Source of the DNA: Octopus bimaculoides
Taxonomy: Eukaryota
NCBI RefSeq assembly: GCF_001194135.2
Contig: NC_068988.1
Span: 37,797,675 to 37,832,827 of the forward strand
Reading direction: 5' to 3'
DNA length: 35,153 nt
Part shown: positions 24,794 through 33,725 of the stretch, in pieces
Layout: each line of letters begins with the position of its first letter
How positions within the stretch are numbered: the first letter of the stretch is position 1
Notes under the pieces: model-generated
Database searches by the model: none
What the model was told of the DNA's origin: nothing
What the model saw: only the letters and a program-made list of their open reading frames with translations
Translations under genes and position numbers: made by a program

Positions 24794-27700
24794 TATGTTG
24801 TAGATTCAGATTAATCTTAACCCTCTCAGACTTGGCCCCTTGTGTCTAAGTTTACCCTTCACCTGGGTTCCTGAGCAAAAAAATAAATAGTTGCATACAG
24901 CTCAAGAATAACAATTGCAGACAAACTAATGAACAGAATCACAAAAGAATTCAGGAGAATAACAATAGTAGGCCTACTTCTCAACTACTGTATTTGTTTA
25001 CTCGAATCACTACTGAATCTACTAGAAGTAGATGTCAAATACCTACAAACCACTCTAAATTTGTTCTCTATATATAAAGGTCAAATTTAGAGTAGATTGT
25101 AGGTATTTGACATTTACTTCTAGCATAGGCGCAGGCATTCCAGAGCCCTTAATTATAATTATATTTTTATAATTAAATACTTTAAAAAAATATTTCTATT
25201 GGTAAGTAGCTTGCTTCCCAACCACATGGTTCCAGGTTCGGTCCCACTGTGGGACATGGTAATGGTCAAAATAAAAACAAGATGAAACTTACCGGGACAT
25301 TCACGATTTGGACTGCAGGTTGTTGTCTACCCGCAATTTGGTATGCAGCAATGAACATGTATGTAGCAACCCAGACAACATCGAAGACTGTAAGTATATA
25401 TATATATATACATATATATATAAATAAAAACAGAACTACAGTACATGTTTAACAAAAATTGAGTTGAATGACATTTTTCACTCATAATATTTTCTTAGTA
25501 TTGTTATACCTCGAGACAGTCATTTTTTTTTTTTTTTGCTGAATAAACACATGCACTATATGTCCATTGTCTGGAAATCTTTTGTCACACATCTGTGACC
25601 TCTTCAGGAACCCTTTCCACCCACATGTATCCTCCTGCTCCACCTAATCCATTCTGTCCTATGAATGGACTAGGTGAAGCAGGAGGATACACGTAGATGG
25701 AAAGAGTTGCTGGAAACTTGTTCATTAAACTGATATAAATTATACCACAAGTTTAATACTTATTACACATACCTCATAGAATCTGCCTCTCTGGAATACA
25801 ATAAAAACAAATCTAAAACAAAGAATTTATCCAATAATCAAAAACAAAGCTACTAACAAACCTTCATGCTGACCATCACCAAGGTTGTTTGGAGGTGGCC
25901 AATTTTTGGTAATTGTCAACTGGGGTTGATACTGTTTCAGTTCACCTGTTTTAGTTCCAACAACTAACTGTTTGCCTTTAGGACTCCAGCATACTATAAG
26001 ACAAAACAGAAAAGAAGAAAAAAGTATTAAAGAATTATAAATTTTATTTTCTATTTTTCTTGCATTTTAAGAGAAACTCTTAATTTTTAATCAGAAACAG
26101 TCAGAAACAGAACACTAGACTGAATAACGTCATATGATAATTAGATTTTGTCCATCGATGATAAGAGTTCAAATTTCAGCAGGATTAATACTAATTATTT
26201 CAATCAGAAAACATAATTGTCAGGAGCAACAGAGCACTAGACTGAATAACATGATACAATGTTTAATTTCATCCCGCTTTGATCTGAATTAAGTTCTTGT
26301 TTAGCTTCTGGTCAGCACTGACCAAACAAACCTATAAAAGACATTTTTGTATAGCAGACACTATACTGTTCAATGCAACCATGTTAATGTAAGAGAGGGA
26401 TGTAGCTGCTATTTCTAGCAGGTTAAACAATCATACTAGCAAGGGTTTTTTTCTATTGTTTTGTGTCACACAACTTGTAGGGAATGTATAGCAACAAGAA
26501 GAGAGTGAACCAGCTGTGATTTTGGCCCCTCACCATCATCATTTAATGTCCATTTTTTATGCTGACATGGTTTCTATGGCTGGATGTCCTTCCTAATGCC
26601 AACCACTTTACAGAGTATACTGACTGCTTTTTTTTTTTGTGCCACTGGCAGAAGTGAGGTTATTGAGTAACTTGCAAGCCAAAAAAAAAAGAAAATAAAA
26701 AGGGAAGAAGGAAATTAGAAGCAAAAGAAAAAGCCTCATTTAAATGGAGGAAGGGGAATATTTAAGACAGGGAGAAGGAGCAATGGTTCTTTGCCAAGTG
26801 TTGAGAAACTAAGGAGATCATCATTGTTTAACATCCGTTTCCCATGCTGGCATGGGTTGAATGGTTTGACTGATGACTGGCAAGCCAGGAGGCTGCACCA
26901 GGCTCCAATCTGAACTGGCAAGGTTTCTATAGCTGGATGCCCTTCCTAACGCCAACCACTCCGTAAAACAAAAATTCAAAAGTTACGTGTGCATATTCCA
27001 AGTCATATTCCTTGATTGAATAGCACTGTCCAAAGCTATCATCATCATCATCGTTTAACGTCCGCTTTCCATGCTAGCATGGGTTGGACGACTTGACTGA
27101 GGACTGGTGAAACCGGATGGCAACACCAGGCTCCAATCTAAATTTGGCAGAGTTTCTACAGCTGGATGCCCTTCCTAAGGCCAACCACTTGATAAAAATA
27201 TTAACTCTTTAGAATTCAGATTATTCTGTCAAATGCAATGCTTAATTATTTATTTTGTTTTGAATTAATCATAACTTCAAAATTTTGATGATGTGACAGT
27301 TTATCTTTAGAATAACATTGTATGATAGGTGTGAGAGGCCAGATCTGGTCAGTTTGAACATAAGACAGGTAGAATATTTTTGCCAGATATGGCCAGTTTC
27401 AATGCTGACGGTTTAAAGAACACTAGTCCCAAAAATCAGTATTTGTAAGGTCTTGTTGTTTCCATGCACCTTCTTTATCTTTTAAATGTTTCAGTCATTA
27501 GACTGCGACCATGCTGGGGCACCGCCTTGAAGAATTTTAGCTGAGTGAATTGACCCCAGTACAAGTTTTTGTAAGCCTGGTACTTATTCTATAGGAGCTT
27601 TAATAAATGTTCATGAATAAACATCTGATATGTTAATATCATGCAGTACTCTGCAATCTTTTTACACTTACAGTACACTTACAGTCTTCAGCATTCAGTG

Positions 27701-29218
27701 GTATATCTGAACTAAAAGAATAGGGAAAAAAATTAGATTCAGGTTACACTGTGGCACACCAGTGTGCTACGGCATACCAGTTGTGGAGCACTGATATAGT
27801 GTCATAAAACACCAACCATTTCATTTGAAACATTTTTCTAATCTTAATGAAGTAAACAATTATGTTTTTAAAACCGATATTTGGTCATCAATTTGTAGAA
27901 AAGAGGTAGAGTGGATTTAAACCAGAGCCCAGTCCAATAGTTTGTATTGGGAAATATTTTATTGAACCCCCACCCTCCTTCAAAGGGATTTAAATTCTGA
28001 ACACAGAAACACAATTACAAGGTATTTAGTCTAATGTTACACTGTTTCTGCCACTCTATATGGCCTTCAAGATGATAAAATTAGTAAGTCAATGAAGGAT
28101 TGATTACACAATCACTCAACCTGCTAAAAGTAGCAGGTAAATCTCTGTGAAATTACACCCATTCATCATAAAGAAGCATAAAACACATTAGATAATGTAG
28201 TCTTAGATTTCACCAAAAAGACTGGATGGTTACAGCTGGAATGCATTTCTTCGGAATTTTAAAAAATTGTGGTGTAAAGAAATCAATCTCTGTTATATAA
28301 CCCAAAGGCATTTCATCTAAAAATGTTGTAGTTTAAAATAGTCATCATTTAATTGTTACAAAATAAAATATGAGAAACTAAAAGCTCACTTACAACAGGA
28401 AGCACCAATAGACACTTCAGCAACCACTTTTATGTCAGCAGCGATCTTCAACATATTAACATTGCCATTTGAAAAGCAAACTGCAAGTAACTCTGGCATT
28501 TTAGGATTCCAAGCAAAGTCTTTCACCTGGATCCCAGGCTCCATGTTGTGAACTAGGAATGGCCCGATATCTCCCTGTTAAGAGAAAGGTCTGGTGATTA
28601 GAATAAATTCAGATTTTTTTCTCACCATAACAACTGAATAACAACATTAAATAAAACAGAATATGAGAAATGCATTTACAGACTTAGAAGAACAAAAATA
28701 CATTTGAAGCATTAACAAAAAAATATTGATATTTGATTTAATTTAGTATTTTATAGAAATTTATTAAACCTAGAAACATAAATAAAACAAAGATGACTTT
28801 AACAGGATTTAAACTCAGAATGACTAATAAACCAAAAGCAAAGCTAAATTTTTTAAATGTCATTAGAAGATAAAGAACAGCATCAATGACTCCTTTTCGC
28901 TCATCTGAAAGCACTCCTCATTCTATGATACTAACTTCCTGTTTAAAAGTGATCTAAATGAAAACCTCATATCAAAATTTCATGTTTGTTTATGTTCCAA
29001 AGAAAGATATTTTACTAAATTCTTCATTATTTTCAAACTCAGTCATATAATGAGAGTTCATTCATTCAACTATGTCCTTCCCCTATAACTTTGTAGTCTT
29101 GAGCCAATGCCGGAAACCAGTTCAATTCACACCTGTAAATTATTTATAAGTGTGCATACTCTAAACACTAAAGCCAAAACTGCATATTCTAAACACTAAA
29201 ACCAACTGTGCATGTCTG

Positions 29219-29249
<31 letters not shown>

Positions 29250-32200
29250 CATCATAATAATACATGTGCTTTTCCATGCCAGCTTAGGATGCACAGATTT
29301 TTCTGATGCATTGCTTTACAGTTGGATGTTCTTCCTGTCACTAATCCTCTCAGTCACTTCTTACAACATGCAGAGACATGATGTAATTTTCTAATTCTGA
29401 GATACATAGAGTGTGTGTGCGTGTTTGTGTGTGCTTTTGTTCTTTCTTTCTGTGCTTCAATCATTGGCCTATACTGGAGCATTGTCATCAAGAATTTTAG
29501 CCATCTCGGAACAAAAGTTGAAGTCAACTGAGTCAGAAAAAAAATCCCAAAGGATTTTTGTCCAACACAGCAAACCTTGCTCTCCAAGCAGTTACACACA
29601 CACAGTGGAGTTTACATGTAACAAACATTATTCACAAGGTTTTGTCTAAGGTGCAGTATTATAGAATCAAAACTAAGATACATGGTTGCAAAATTATCTT
29701 AACCACTTTGCCATAAATATAGACATAAACACAAACATACACACAGCAGTTTATTGCATTATAATTAACTAAATAGAGAAATTTACTTACAGGATTGAGG
29801 AATGCTTTTGTTTCAAAGAAATAAAGTACATTTGCAGCTGCCTCAACAACAACAGCAAGAACAAGATCATCACAACTAATTGCTACATTTAGAAGTTTCC
29901 CACTGAGGCTAAAGTTCTTGAGAAGTGGTAGATTTTCAACGATATTCTGGCTCCTTTGTTCAATATTTTCTTCGTCCAGTCGTAGAAGTACTGAAGTTTT
30001 GAAACCAAGCAAATCTAGAAAGTAAAAATAAATTAATAATTAAATGAAAAAAACAGTTATGGCAAACTTGAAGCTGTAAATATTTGAACTGTTAGACACA
30101 TCTAACTTCAAAATCATGTGACTGCCAGGTGTTCCATCTTTTGTAATCTCATCAACTTTGCAGACTTTTGAGTCCCTTAGGACTGAGATATATGGCGCAT
30201 TGCTATATTCGAGAAGACCCACCCATCACAGCAGAATTGAGATCCTAAAACCAAGGTACCATGTAAACAACATTGGTGTGGGTGCTGGCACCATGTAAAA
30301 AACGCCCAGTACACTCTGTAAAGTGAATGGTGTTAAGAAGAGCATTCCGCTACAAAAATCAACCAAAAATAGATTATGGAACTTGGTGGTGCTGCCCTTG
30401 ACCTTGCAAGTTACTGTCAAGCCATTCAACCCATGCCAGCATGGAAAATGGATGATAAATGTTGATGAAGATGATTAGAGAGGCCTGTATGAACATCAAT
30501 ATGGGCATACAGGAAAAAGGAATGTACAGAGGCCCTTTCATTTATTTGACAGCAAGTCTGGTAAAAATTGGGGTCCCTGGGCAACAGCTTCGAGTGACCA
30601 TGATTTAACATTGCATGGATGAGGAGATTCCTTTAGCAAAACCAACGAACATGTCTCTTTAGGATATTTTTCAAATTTTTCATCTTCCTTTTTGTGAATT
30701 TTTCTCCAATGCTGTTACATTCAACATTCATCTTTCAGATGCCCCATTCTTTTACAAATTCATAGGCTGTGTTTGAAATCAAAACAATTATTAACCAAAT
30801 TTTGGATATTTAAAGTATTTGCATAAAATACAAGTTTAATAGATAACAGCAAAGGTGTATCTGCTTGGCCCTACTGTCCCAGATGTATTGTGTCTCAGGA
30901 AAAAATGTGTCAGTCATGGCTGGACTGCTGTTGACTGCTCAATTAGGGTCAACTGGGACTGATGAACAATATTTTTTTTATCCCAGTTAAAACGCTCACA
31001 CTGCAATGCGTTTGTGAATACTGTGGTAATAATTACTGCTATTATTACTACTCAGTTATTTCCATCATCTCACCAGCCAGTCAAAAACAAAACTTTGGAA
31101 TGATATAAAAACATGACTGACTCTTGATAGGCAAGTTTCACAATTGAAACAACTAATGACATATACCAGAAGAAGAGTAAAGCCTATTTACGGCCAATCA
31201 TTTCCAGTCTTCTGTATTCAACAATGTCACCAGTTCAATAACCAGAATTACTTTAAATACATCATTAAAGCCTTCAAGAACAACGAGATTCAACTTCTTT
31301 ATGGCAAATAATAAAATGTGTTATGCCTTTTACTTCCTCTGATAAAGTTTTCTAGTCCCCATTATCTAACCTTTGTCTGAACCTCTTAGCATTCAAATTA
31401 CTCAATCAAATGTAATGCTTATTTATTTATATTGTTTTAAATTGATCATGCATTAACTCATAGATTTGAGATTTTGATGATGCGTTTGCTTATTTTTAGA
31501 ATGACATTGTAGTCATTGGATCTGACTAGTTAAACATAAACAGGTAGGATATTTGGACCGGATATAGCTGGTTTAAATGTGAAAGGATTAATAAAGAATG
31601 ACAGCAAAAATAAATGGGATAGCTTTTTGCCAGGAGAGGTCCTCAATAATGAGGCCCAACATTTAGAGTAAGATATTTCTAGTGGATTGCAGCTAGTGAT
31701 AAAAGAAGGCTGGGTGTAATGAGGTTTGCTTGCTGAGTAGTGATGGTTTTTAGTGCCAAGCAAGTCATAATCCAGTAAACATATAATCAAAGGCACTTCA
31801 GTTGTAATCATACCATCTTTACAGATTTTTGTTTTAGAGCTTCATCATCCAAAATGTCTCTTCTTTTTTTCTTGGTAGTATGACCTGAGAGAGATTTGGC
31901 TATAATTTCTAACAAGCAGAGCAACATTGATTCATGCTAATGAATAGAACTTTTCTTTGGTAGTATAGTCAGCTTTGACTTCAAAAAGAATCAGAATAGT
32001 AAATAAAACACTGATGATTACAGCGTTGGCGTATAATTAGCCAATACAATTATCTCAGTGAATCACATTCAATAAATTTCTTAAAATTAACAATTAATAA
32101 CAAAAACAGTAACAAAACTACTTACTATTTCCAAACCCTGCAAAACAAAGTCCATATTTGTTTGAACAAGTCAAGAGAGAATTTCTCTGCTTATGGGTAT

Positions 32201-32252
32201 CGGCAATAGGTTTGAATAAACGGAATTTACACAGCTGTTGGAATTCAAAATC
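2508..32252 (-). CDS. NUP214: Nucleoporin NUP214/CAN, partial gene (17 coding exons in window; start and C-terminal FG exons outside)
   Basis: 17 exons with GT-AG boundaries join with consistent phases into 1009 stop-free codons. Motifs match recalled human NUP214: SNKYGL, WNP, CWSPKGKQL, LEDSARAE, LSTDGVL, PLDP, SPLKQSQLR. Confidence 0.96.
2752..2953 (-). mobile_element. ~200-bp MITE, TTAA-flanked (piggyBac-like ends)
   Basis: Ends ttaa..ctttagcatt / aatgctatagggttaa; same family at 4036, 8417, 27201 and 31379. Confidence 0.7.
3615..4035 (+). mobile_element. tRNA-derived SINE family A ending in an RTE-like tail
   Basis: A/B-box head, ccttgggcaagtg core, (TG)n, then acccatgcaaacatggaaaaatgaacattaa tail. 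Confidence 0.8.
4036..4259 (+). mobile_element. TTAA-flanked MITE (same family as 2752-2953, opposite orientation)
   Basis: ttaaccatttagc...tgctaaagcgttaa terminal inverted repeats; internal similarity to the other copies. Confidence 0.75.
4592..4752 (-). CDS. NUP214: NUP214 window exon 16 (ENKLSSLADTLL...SPLKQSQLREHLSKR...SP)
   Basis: aaccag acceptor, gtaagt donor, 161 nt, phase 2 to 1; resembles human SPMKQAQLRNFLAKR. Confidence 0.94.
4820..5158 (+). mobile_element. RTE-clade LINE 3' end (RT C-terminus plus 3' UTR tail)
   Basis: LTVEGTCGRGR...KTWDEVVKHDL*TLDVMEAMTSNQDLW, followed directly by gtggttggcattagg..ccagctgtagaaac..aacccatgccagtatggaaaac tail. Confidence 0.8.
5160..5344 (-). mobile_element. 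SINE family C copy
   Basis: Shared ctggtacttattttat..aaaggatgaaaggcaaagttgacc..gaatttgaactcag; other copies at 6431, 8041, 9461 and 33826. Confidence 0.75.
5790..6116 (-). mobile_element. tRNA-derived SINE family B
   Basis: Reverse head gtgaaggcacatgactcagtggctagagcg..gagttcaattc; body near-collinear with 11980-12314 and partly with 8575-8680. Confidence 0.75.
6431..6636 (-). mobile_element. SINE family C copy
   Basis: Same motifs as 5160-5344. Confidence 0.75.
6700..7065 (-). mobile_element. SINE family A copy
   Basis: Collinear with 1175-1582, including the ggctatagtagaagacacttg core. Confidence 0.8.
7110..7334 (-). CDS. NUP214: NUP214 window exon 15 (KPSLSGNMP...NHNIINEQKK...LHLYDQKDAWS)
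   Basis: ttgtag acceptor, gtaagt donor, 225 nt, phase 2 to 2; resembles human NNREIINQQRKRL...LRLYKQTSLWS. Confidence 0.93.
8041..8225 (-). mobile_element. SINE family C copy (diverged)
   Basis: acaaggccagcaatt...ttgaactcgg...gattctgccagcttgctgcc. Confidence 0.65.
9103..9368 (-). CDS. NUP214: NUP214 window exon 14, coiled coil (IVHKEID...QPLDP...DINTVLDEQW)
   Basis: ttaaag acceptor after a pyrimidine tract, gtaaaa donor, 266 nt, phase 0 to 2; resembles human RPLDP...DVNDVLDLEW. Confidence 0.95.
9461..9655 (-). mobile_element. SINE family C copy
   Basis: Same motifs as 5160-5344. Confidence 0.7.
10005..10215 (-). mobile_element. SINE family A copy (5' part)
   Basis: (CA)n, tatagtagaagactcttgcccaag core and reverse tRNA-like head. 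Confidence 0.7.
10686..10835 (-). CDS. NUP214: NUP214 window exon 13, coiled coil (INHFQQEMNELKVRS...EIKNITQ)
   Basis: ttatag acceptor, gtcagt donor, 150 nt, phase 0 to 0; resembles human IAHFQKELEELKARTS...VGT. Confidence 0.94.
11980..12314 (-). mobile_element. SINE family B copy
   Basis: Collinear with 5790-6116. Confidence 0.75.
12505..12632 (-). CDS. NUP214: NUP214 window exon 12 (AQKPVKRNES...FTKNILEE)
   Basis: gactag acceptor, gtgaat donor, 128 nt, phase 1 to 0; ends in EE before the INHFQQE coil (human GEE-IAHFQKE). Confidence 0.9.
12887..12972 (-). mobile_element. RTE-type 3' tail ending in (TGA)n
   Basis: Reverse complement gagcctggtacagcc..gtcaaaccgttcaacccatgccagcatggaaagcggacattaaacgatgatga matches the tail at 5080-5158. 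Confidence 0.8.
12973..14930 (-). mobile_element. CR1/Jockey-group LINE, 5' portion: ORF1 (CCCH finger) plus APE endonuclease and linker; no RT
   Basis: APE motifs LNIRG, LTETHL, DR..R..GGV, YHPP, MGDFNLP, PTR..NILDL.FTN, SDR (normally SDH). In-frame TAG at 13549-13551 and 13255-13257. 5' boundary approximate. Confidence 0.88.
16460..16786 (-). CDS. NUP214: NUP214 window exon 11, FG linker (SNNEKPILFG...KPSLFG...GFGFG...RSAS)
   Basis: cattag acceptor; CAG|gttggt donor chosen because it gives the phase 1 required by the next exon; 327 nt. Confidence 0.86.
16915..17110 (+). mobile_element. SINE family A copy (diverged)
   Basis: tggctgtgtagtaaag..gagttcaatccca head followed by (TG)n. Confidence 0.6.
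18358..18792 (-). CDS. NUP214: NUP214 window exon 10, S/T/P/G-rich FG linker
   Basis: Open frame with NVFG, TQFG, SLFG, TTFG; gtaagt donor; phase 1 to 1. Acceptor is ambiguous between exon start 18792 and 18786 (both in frame). Confidence 0.9.
19437..19589 (-). CDS. NUP214: NUP214 window exon 9 (EAEIGPFPVMMMLSTDGVLVPFFM...RPQI), end of beta-propeller
   Basis: tttcag acceptor, gtaaga donor, 153 nt, phase 1 to 1; LSTDGVL motif. Confidence 0.95.
20558..20684 (-). CDS. NUP214: NUP214 window exon 8 (KSWDHCMLEDSARAEVP...DYSNQKRITI)
   Basis: ttctag acceptor, gtaagt donor, 127 nt, phase 0 to 1; resembles human WLLEDSSRAELP...DYTNQ. Confidence 0.95.
21225..21294 (-). CDS. NUP214: NUP214 window exon 7 (DMVVLASSNSLEAAIIARNLDTE)
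   Basis: cactag acceptor, gtaagt donor, 70 nt, phase 2 to 0; completes split Trp codon TG|G; resembles human WDLVLAASAASTEVSILAR. Confidence 0.93.
21410..22180. repeat. Cluster of RTE-tail motif copies in both orientations
   Basis: ggatgcccttcctaa..ccaaccactttacagag at about 21445, 22040 and 22135 (forward) and about 21625 and 21720 (reverse). Confidence 0.75.
23874..24090 (+). mobile_element. Second TTAA-flanked MITE family
   Basis: ttaatcctttt...aaagggttaa ends; related to 33726-34157 (reverse) and about 28930-29045. Confidence 0.65.
24198..24292 (-). CDS. NUP214: NUP214 window exon 6 (KAGDPSFINFRDPCFGS...IIG)
   Basis: tttcag acceptor, gtaagt donor, 95 nt, phase 0 to 2; resembles human FVNFMEPCYGS. 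Confidence 0.94.
24331..24795. repeat. (TA)n microsatellites near 24331-24361 and 24742-24795, and a 133-N assembly gap (24609-24741)
   Basis: Directly visible. Confidence 0.95.
25293..25387 (-). CDS. NUP214: NUP214 window exon 5 (FDVVWVATYMFIAAY...VNVP)
   Basis: ttacag acceptor, gtaagt donor, 95 nt, phase 1 to 0; resembles human LDVLWIGTYVFAIVY. Confidence 0.94.
25862..25993 (-). CDS. NUP214: NUP214 window exon 4 (CWSPKGKQLVVG...GQHE)
   Basis: ttatag acceptor, gtttgt donor, 132 nt, phase 1 to 1; CWSPKGKQL identical to recalled human motif. Confidence 0.96.
26535..27190 (-). repeat. Three same-orientation RTE-tail copies
   Basis: catcat..tttaa(c/t)gtcc..ccatgct(g/a)gcatggg..ggatgcccttcctaa at about 26535, 26819 and 27040. 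Confidence 0.8.
27201..27416 (+). mobile_element. TTAA-flanked MITE (family of 4036-4259)
   Basis: ttaactcttttagaatt...aatgctgacggtttaa. Confidence 0.7.
27745..27792 (-). mobile_element. hAT-like terminal fragment
   Basis: Reverse complement cagtgctccacaactggtatgccgtagcacactggtgtgcc resembles CAGTGGTT...GTGTGCC hAT-Charlie-type ends. Confidence 0.35.
28394..28574 (-). CDS. NUP214: NUP214 window exon 3 (GDIGPFLVH...DFAWNPKMPELLAVCFSNG...GASC)
   Basis: taacag acceptor, gtaagt donor, 181 nt, phase 0 to 1; resembles human DMKWNPTVPSMVAVCLADG. Confidence 0.95.
29791..30014 (-). CDS. NUP214: NUP214 window exon 2 (LLGFKTS...AISCDDLVLAV...KAFLNP)
   Basis: ttctag acceptor, gtaagt donor, 224 nt, phase 1 to 0; resembles human LALSCDNLTLS...FFDVRTF. 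Confidence 0.95.
31379..31592 (+). mobile_element. TTAA-flanked MITE (family of 4036-4259)
   Basis: aacctcttagcattc...aaatgtgaaaggattaa; internal similarity to the other copies. Confidence 0.7.
32126..32252 (-). CDS. NUP214: NUP214 window exon 1 (DFEFQQLCKFRLF...SNKYGLCFAGFGN)
   Basis: ttacag acceptor, gtaagt donor, 127 nt, phase 0 to 1; resembles human DFQFRALKKVRIF...SNKYGLVFAG. Confidence 0.95.
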
Positions 32253-32424
32253 CTGTAATTAAAAATTTTTTTTTTTTTAAATTAAGAAAATCATAGCAAA
32301 TGCATGTAAGTAATCAAGTTTGAAAATTTAACAAGACCACATGTTCATGCTAACATGAACAAAGATTTCCAAAAATATCTCACAACAAAAGCTTAACTCA
32401 GTCTACTTCACTTACATTATAAAT

Positions 32425-33239
32425 TATTAAGTTGTACGGAAAGTTTGGAGTGTTTTTAAGCTAAATCTTTTAACGCTTCATTGAATACACCAAAAACATA
32501 ACACAGTTAAAACTTTGGCATTGCTTGAAGTGATAGTGCATCTCTTCTTTGTTCCTGACTAAAAATAGATCTATCTTGCATTTCGGTTACCCTTTATTGA
32601 CATTTGAAACAGATAACTAAAAATTTCATAATCATGTTGTAATGCTTTTTGTTTTTTAAAACAGGAGAAAATGCTGCAAAGACTTGTAAAAACATTTGTG
32701 AAGTTTATGGTGGTGATGATGTGGATGAATCAACAATTTGAAGGTGGTTTGCAAAATTTAATGCTGGAGAGTTTAGCTTAGAAGATGACAGTCGCAGTGG
32801 AAGACCTTCAAAATTGGATGAAGATGTTTTGAAGACAAAAAAATTAAAGAAAACTCAAATATCATGACAAGAGAACTTGCAGAGGAGTTGGAAGTCTCTA
32901 AAAGTATGGCTCATGAACACCTGGTGAAGCTAGGATACATTTCTCACTATAATGTATGGGTCCCTCACAAACTCTCAGAAAAGAATTGCTTGATTTGTTT
33001 GTGATTTGCTTTTGAAACAGAATGAAAACATATGGATTGTGTACAAAAATGTAACGCAAAAAAGATCCTGGAGTTTGCGTAAGGATCCTCCAAAACAGTA
33101 ACCAAAAACAAATATCCATGCCAAAAAAGCTATGTTTTGTGTTTGATGGGATAATAAAGGCATTATTTATTATGAGCTTCTTCCACAAAACCGGACCATT
33201 AATTCTGATGTGTACTGTTGTCAGCTGGATAATTTGAAA

Positions 33240-33276
<37 letters not shown>

Positions 33277-33661
33277 AAGAATTGTGGCCTAAGATTGCCA
33301 ACAGGAAAGGAGTAGTGTTCCGACAACAAAGTTACATGAACTTGGCTAGGATCACTTACCGCATCCACCATATTCTCCTGTTACTGCACCATCCAACTAC
33401 CACTTGGTCTACTCTCTACAGAACTCATCACAAGGGAAAACATTTAACGCTTTAGGAGTCAAAATGCATCTAGATAACTTTTTTCTTCAAAACCAGTCAA
33501 ATTTCATGTTGACGGAATATTTAAATTGCCTGATTAGATGGGCAAAGGTCATTAATAATAATGGAAATTATTTCATTGAATAAAATTTATTGAAAGGTGA
33601 ATTATCTATATCCATTTTTGCATATTAAAAAGATGCTCAGAAATTTCCAGATAACCTAATA
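32425..33661 (+). mobile_element. Near full-length mariner element (~1.24 kb) with disrupted transposase
   Basis: Imperfect TIRs tattaagttgtacggaaag / tttccagataacctaata; peptide segments RWFAKF...RSGRP, VWVPHKL, WIVYKN, WDNKGIIYYELLP..TINS..YC.QL, LPHPPYSP; several stops, frameshifts and deletions. Confidence 0.92.
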
Positions 33662-33725
33662 GATATTACACAACACTAAATTGTCTCTCTTCTAGAATAG
33701 TAACCAATTCAAACCATCACATCCA

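Noticed and set aside
27663-27684. 11-bp tandem tacacttacag x2 (double GTAAGT on the minus strand)
   Set aside because: Simple slippage duplication with no upstream acceptor or open exon.
29152-29210. 28-bp imperfect tandem duplication
   Set aside because: Only two units; ordinary slippage.
29455-29510. ILDDNAPV resembling a DDE transposase motif (minus strand)
   Set aside because: Eight residues only, with no flanking transposase motifs or TIRs.
31625-31800. LGLIIEDLSWQK resembling a LINE RT C-terminal motif (minus strand)
   Set aside because: Too decayed to call without an alignment; may be an old LINE relic.
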